From contig OZ024755.1 in assembly GCA_964016885.1 (NCBI GenBank), positions 40,424,001-40,488,000 of the forward strand: a stretch of 64,000 bases of DNA, given 5' to 3'. Source of the DNA: Eledone cirrhosa (Eukaryota). The number at the start of each line of letters is the position of its first letter. The first letter of the stretch is position 1. Shown here one piece after another: positions 58,788-64,000 of this stretch. The notes beneath the pieces were generated by a model. It was not told the origin of the DNA. It made no database searches and worked only from the letters and a program-made list of their open reading frames with translations. The position numbers were made by a program, and so were the translations under genes.

Positions 58788-59275
58788 TATGTACGTACAT
58801 ACATATATGTATACAGACGTACAGTAGTATGTATATACATACATGCACACATATATAAATGTACGTATGGGTTTACCGAACATTTATTATAATGCTCGGT
58901 TTGTTGTAAACAAACAGCCCGAATTAAGCCGTACAGTGTTTAGCAACCATCGTTGCCCTTTTGTTCAACACTGACAAAGGAACGATGAACTAGTTTCTAG
59001 CTTATTAGCTGTCATCAGCACCGTATACCTTTCTGTCAGTTGATTGAACGTTTGAAAGTATATAATTTCCTTATGCATATTAACGGCTGAGCAGCCTAAT
59101 TTGCATATCGAGGGAGTTAGTCGGCCGGGTGTACCGAAAACGATAAATGGAAAAAATGAAATTTCATTTCTCAACCCATACGTACATATATATGTGTGCA
59201 TATATGCATGTATATACATACTAATGTACGTCTGTATACATATATGTATGTATACAGAAATGAAATTTCATTTTT
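58788..59275 (-). mobile_element. family H2 HHR element with short inverted arms (~58788-58873/59173-59255)
   Basis: Homologous to 11808-12365. Confidence 0.75.
58983..59023 (-). ncRNA. minimal type I hammerhead ribozyme
   Basis: cggtg CTGATGA c agct aata agct a GAAA ctag TT catcg. Confidence 0.75.
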
Positions 59276-60108
59276 ACCAATTATATTAATATTTTATCAA
59301 TTACGTCGTGTAGAATTAGTTTAACCAAAGAAAAACACTCAAAAAGTTCACTTTACATAATGTATGTTTGTAAACTGCTGTAAAGACTCTAGCACGATGT
59401 AAATACTTTAGTTTCAACATAGTCTCTTATCACGTCAATTGCCAGACCAACACAACTCCAAAATTAATATTCTTCTTTTCGTTTATTTTTCCTCAAATAC
59501 TAATGTTTCCTGTTTTATTAGGATATTTCCAACTTGGATATAATGTTTATCTGTCTCTACTCTACCTTTGTCTCTAATCACGGCACGATTCTTAGTCTTA
59601 TTGAATTGCTTTAAACCAATTATATTTTTTAAAGAAATTCTCTAAATTATGAATAAGATGTTTTCTCTATTTCATTAATTTTTAGTCCATTTCCCACATC
59701 AACTGTTTGCTTTTTGTCCAGCTAACACATTTCTTTCCCAGGATATTTTTGTTATTTTATAAATATTACAATATAGTTTTATAGATTTGTGTTTCGTTCC
59801 TCTGATTACATTGCGTTATTTTATTGTATTATTATTTTCAACCTATCCTTGTTAGCCATCATACGTGCTGGGGCATTATCGAATTTATAATTATCATATT
59901 TATATATCATTTGCTATGGGTTTTTTTAATAATTTATAAAGGGTAGTATTGTTATAACACTGTTGCCTTTTCATACAGTATAATTGCTTTAGTGACCAGT
60001 GGATTTAACTATTTGTAGTCAATTTTCAGTTGGCCTAAATTTGAATTGTTCACTTCAGTTTAGTTTGCACAATACTAACTTTACAATCATTTCCTTAGAT
60101 TGTTATTT

Positions 60109-60142
<34 letters not shown>

Positions 60143-60282
60143 TATATATATATACACTATATATATATATATACACTATATATATATATATACACTATAT
60201 ATATATACACTATATATATATATATATACACACTATATATATATACACTATATATATATATATACACTAATAATAACAATAA

Positions 60283-60471
60283 GGGTTTCAAGGCCAGCAA
60301 TTTGGGGGGGGGGGCAAGTCGATTAAATCAACCCCAGTGCGTGACTGGTACTTTATTTTATCGACCCCGTAAGGATGAAAGGCACAGTTAACCTCGGCGG
60401 GATTTGATGATAAAGGGCCATAACTCTATGCTGCAAAGCATGCTGTCCGACCTCAGCAGATACTGCCAATC
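60283..60471 (-). mobile_element. family A SINE with 18-bp TSD
   Basis: cactaataataacaataa at 60265-60282 and 60472-60489. Confidence 0.82.
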
Positions 60472-60803
60472 CACTAATAATAACAATAATAAAAATAAAA
60501 AAAGACGAAGTGGTATACCTTCATTACGTTTATTGAGGTGTGATGTCAGGAAAAGAAGATAGGCCCTGATTTGGTCACCATTGACCAATCAGCTGTTATG
60601 GTTAAGGATCGAAACAGCCAATGAAAGGTGGACACCGTCTGATGACATCATCACTTGCCTGCCTCTGTCTGGAATTAAAAACTCGTCGGACTTATGTTAT
60701 GGTATTAGTATTACACGCAGCTTAGTACACCAATATACCTGCTGGAAACTAAGCATTGAGTACTCACTACGCTAAACATGGTGTAACTTGACGTTTCAAT
60801 CCC

Positions 60804-61364
<561 letters not shown>

Positions 61365-61365
<1 letters not shown>

Positions 61366-61553
61366 AATTGTTTCTACTTTAGGCACAAGGCCAACAAATA
61401 CCCAGTGCATTACTGGTACTTTATTTTATCGACCCCGTAAGGATGAAAGGCAAAGTCAACCTCGGCGGGATTTGAACTCCGACCGTAAAGGGACGTAACT
61501 ATGCTGGAAAGCATGGCGTCCGAACCTCTACCGATACTGCCAATTCACCGCCC
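61365..61553 (-). mobile_element. full-length family A SINE inserted in an (AAT)n tail
   Basis: ggcggtgaatTGGCAGTATCGG..gaGTTCAAATCC..core..agaaacaatt(att)n. Confidence 0.9.
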
Positions 61554-61608
<55 letters not shown>

Positions 61609-63470
61609 GGGTTTCATTTATTGGCCACAAGGGCCGACATATAGGTGTCAATACAATATACGGGGACAGTGTATACGGGGAGAGTGGGGATTTCACACAA
61701 AAATTGAGTAAAAAATAGGAAAAACAATAACAATAAACAAAAAGAAATACAACAATGAAAATCCCCAAATAGGGGGATAACAACCCAGGGTTGATTCAGG
61801 TACCCCACCAATCCTGAACCACCCGACGCTTCGAGGGCACCTGGGAAGGGCACTCCTCTCCTCCTCAAATTCACCAGCCTCCAGGCGCATGACCAGAGTA
61901 GGCCCACTCACACGAGCCATTCTCGCCACATTCACCCACCTTTAAGCAAATGTACTGAGGAGCAGCACTTCTCTCTCCACCCTCACCTTCCTTGTCAAGT
62001 GAAACTTGAAAATTTTGATGAGGGATTGGCTGAAGAGAAAAGTGTCTGTCTTCAGTCCTTTCAACCTGGTCCACCATACAACCTCTTTCGCAACTGCCGC
62101 CAGACAGGAAAATTGCCTGCCCTTCCTGGCCAAAAGAAGGCGGCGGTTTGATCTTCACTATGGACTCGGCCAATAGCCGGATCCGTTCTACACGCGACAA
62201 CAGCTGTTCGACATAATTCCACAAGTCAGTAATGCAGGGACACTGGACGAGTACGTGTAGAACGGTTTCGTCGCTCTGCGGGCATCTCAGGCAGATCCGT
62301 CTGACAGCACTTCCGTGCTTGCAGAGTTTATCTCGAACCGGCAGTGCCCCTCCCTCCCCCCCCCCCCTGTAGCACTGCCAAGCGAGGGATTTTGGGAAAT
62401 TATCCTTCGTCCCCGGCTCGAAAGTTCTCCGAAACAGACTGGTCAGTTCGACTTCGCCGACGCCTAGAACAGCTCCGAGTGCGTTGTCGCACTTGCCCAC
62501 TACTAATCTTCTATAGCACTCAAGAGTTGGGGTTCACTGACCGCATTGCCCGCCTGGTAGTGGGCAGTGAGTGTCTGGCAACATTCCAGATGCCATTCAC
62601 CCAGTCTCGGTCTCTTCTTGACCCAGGACTGCAGCTCAGTCAAAGAGACGAGCTGCGCAAAGGCCTGTCTCACAAACGGCGACCACACCTGTTCACCGTT
62701 TAGGCAGAATATCTGCAGATGTCGCAGCCTCAGCGCATGTCTGCGCATCATTAGCCACGGCATGTTCAGCCCTCCACGTAGAGGGTGCTAGCAGCAGATG
62801 GACCGCCTCACCAACAGACCCTATCCCTTCCACAAAATTTGAAGAGGAGCCGATCCAAGCTGGCAAGGTGCGGACAGGGACAAGGGACGAGGGTTAGGCG
62901 GTAGTAGATGTCGGACGCGATGTACGCGTTCACAACCTCCGCCCGACCTTTCAGTGATAGCTTCCTTGCAGCCGATTTCTGGGTAAGACTGGCTACCCTG
63001 CCCGTCACCTCGTCCTAATACTTATCCGCCTGGAGGTCTGGCCCGAACTAAACACCTAGCAACTTTACCGGTCCGTTCAGCGCCCAGCGACGCTGTTGGA
63101 CGGCATGGACTTGCCTCTCCAGGTGCCGAGTTGCAAGCCCACCGACTTTTCCGAATTAAGTTTTGCTCCCATCAACCGTTCATATTCCTCCAATAAGTTG
63201 CCGACCACCTCGATTTCCGAGGTGTCCGACGCATAAGTCAACACATCCTTTCCGTGTCACGATTCGAGCGGGATGCCCTGCAACAGCTCCAGCTTCCGCA
63301 GTAAAGGCTCAAGAGCCAATGCGGAGAGAGAGGGCACCCTTGAAGGAGCGATCTGGAGATCTGAAACGGTTCCGAGAGGTGGCCATTAACTTTGACGACA
63401 GAGCAGATGCCGCTGTGCACTGCAGCGATCCAGCTTCTGAAGACGGGGCCGAAGCCAGCTGCCTTCATGT
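61554..63470 (-). mobile_element. 5'-truncated L1/Tx1-like LINE with (TAT)n tail
   Basis: QGCPLSP, KLLGV, LSLKGRAEVVN, GGLNMP, CLRCPQSDETVLHVLVQC (CCHC knuckle); many stops and frameshifts. Confidence 0.85.
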
Positions 63471-63499
63471 ATGTACGTATGTACACTGTCAGAGTTACC

Positions 63500-64000
63500 T
63501 CAGGTGATGGCGAGGCTGAGGTGTTGGAACAACCAAGCGCCTTAGCGAGATTCGCCAGTTACTTCTATTAGCCGAGCCGCCAGTGAAGAGAGGAACCTCG
63601 CAGTCAGTAGCCCAAACATCTCGAAAGCCACAGGCTGAAAAATGTAGCTGGCTGACAGATTGCAGTATTTGAGGGCCTTACTCCGTTCGGCTGCGGAAGC
63701 TGTAGCTCTCGTCTTAACCGCAGCATCCAGGATGTGGGAACAAGCAAAAGAGTCACTAACAATGACGTCCCAGACAAGGCACCTGCCTCTCGACCAGGGA
63801 CACAGGGTAAGGCTGTCAGGTCTTTTGCCGTCATTTCTGGACAACCAAGATGGTTCTAAGATTGAGGGGATGTTCGCCAGAGCCAAAGCTCTCTTGAGAA
63901 TGAGATTTAGCTCTGTGTGACGCGCAAAGCAGCCGGCATTCAGGCGGCAAGAAAGACCGTGGAGGCCTGTGGAGACGAGGAGTTTGCCGCATCGGCACCT
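63500..64000 (-). mobile_element. CRE-like non-LTR retrotransposon, Zn-knuckle/RLE endonuclease end (runs off window)
   Basis: HGLSC..RHTELN..EPSWLSRNDGKRPD..PWSRGRCLVWDV..AERSKALKY..FQPVAFEMFG. Confidence 0.8.

Noticed and set aside
59280-60110. AT-rich unique-looking stretch, possibly an ancient LINE remnant
   Set aside because: No motif recognisable with confidence.
61365-61553. tRNA gene
   Set aside because: A/B boxes present but no cloverleaf; multicopy with core, tail and TSDs, so a SINE.

Overview
Gene-poor, repeat-saturated eukaryotic DNA with no intact host gene or intact ORF; almost all ORF-track entries are microsatellite or minisatellite artefacts. The long (TA)n/(CA)n tracts and the SINE/LINE repertoire resemble octopus/cephalopod genomes (inference). 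Contents: a near-complete but disabled RTE-clade LINE with a PHD-like finger inside RT; fragments of R4/Dong-, L1/Tx1- and CRE-like LINEs; a decayed Chapaev3-like transposase; a Helitron-type 3' end; more than 12 tRNA-derived SINEs; several minisatellites, including an 8.9-kb G-rich array and 35 tandem copies of an RT YIDD active-site segment; and many Penelope-like element (PLE) pieces in (TA)n. The most notable signal is a dense set of hammerhead-ribozyme (HHR) bearing fold-back insertions. Each has an element 3' end at both flanks, and several inversion points fall in HHR stem II, in stem III or just past the cleavage site, suggesting ribozyme-guided fold-back or twin-primed integration. 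One ORF-less, ~510-bp HHR unit is in head-to-tail arrangement, like a retrozyme. All calls were made by eye.
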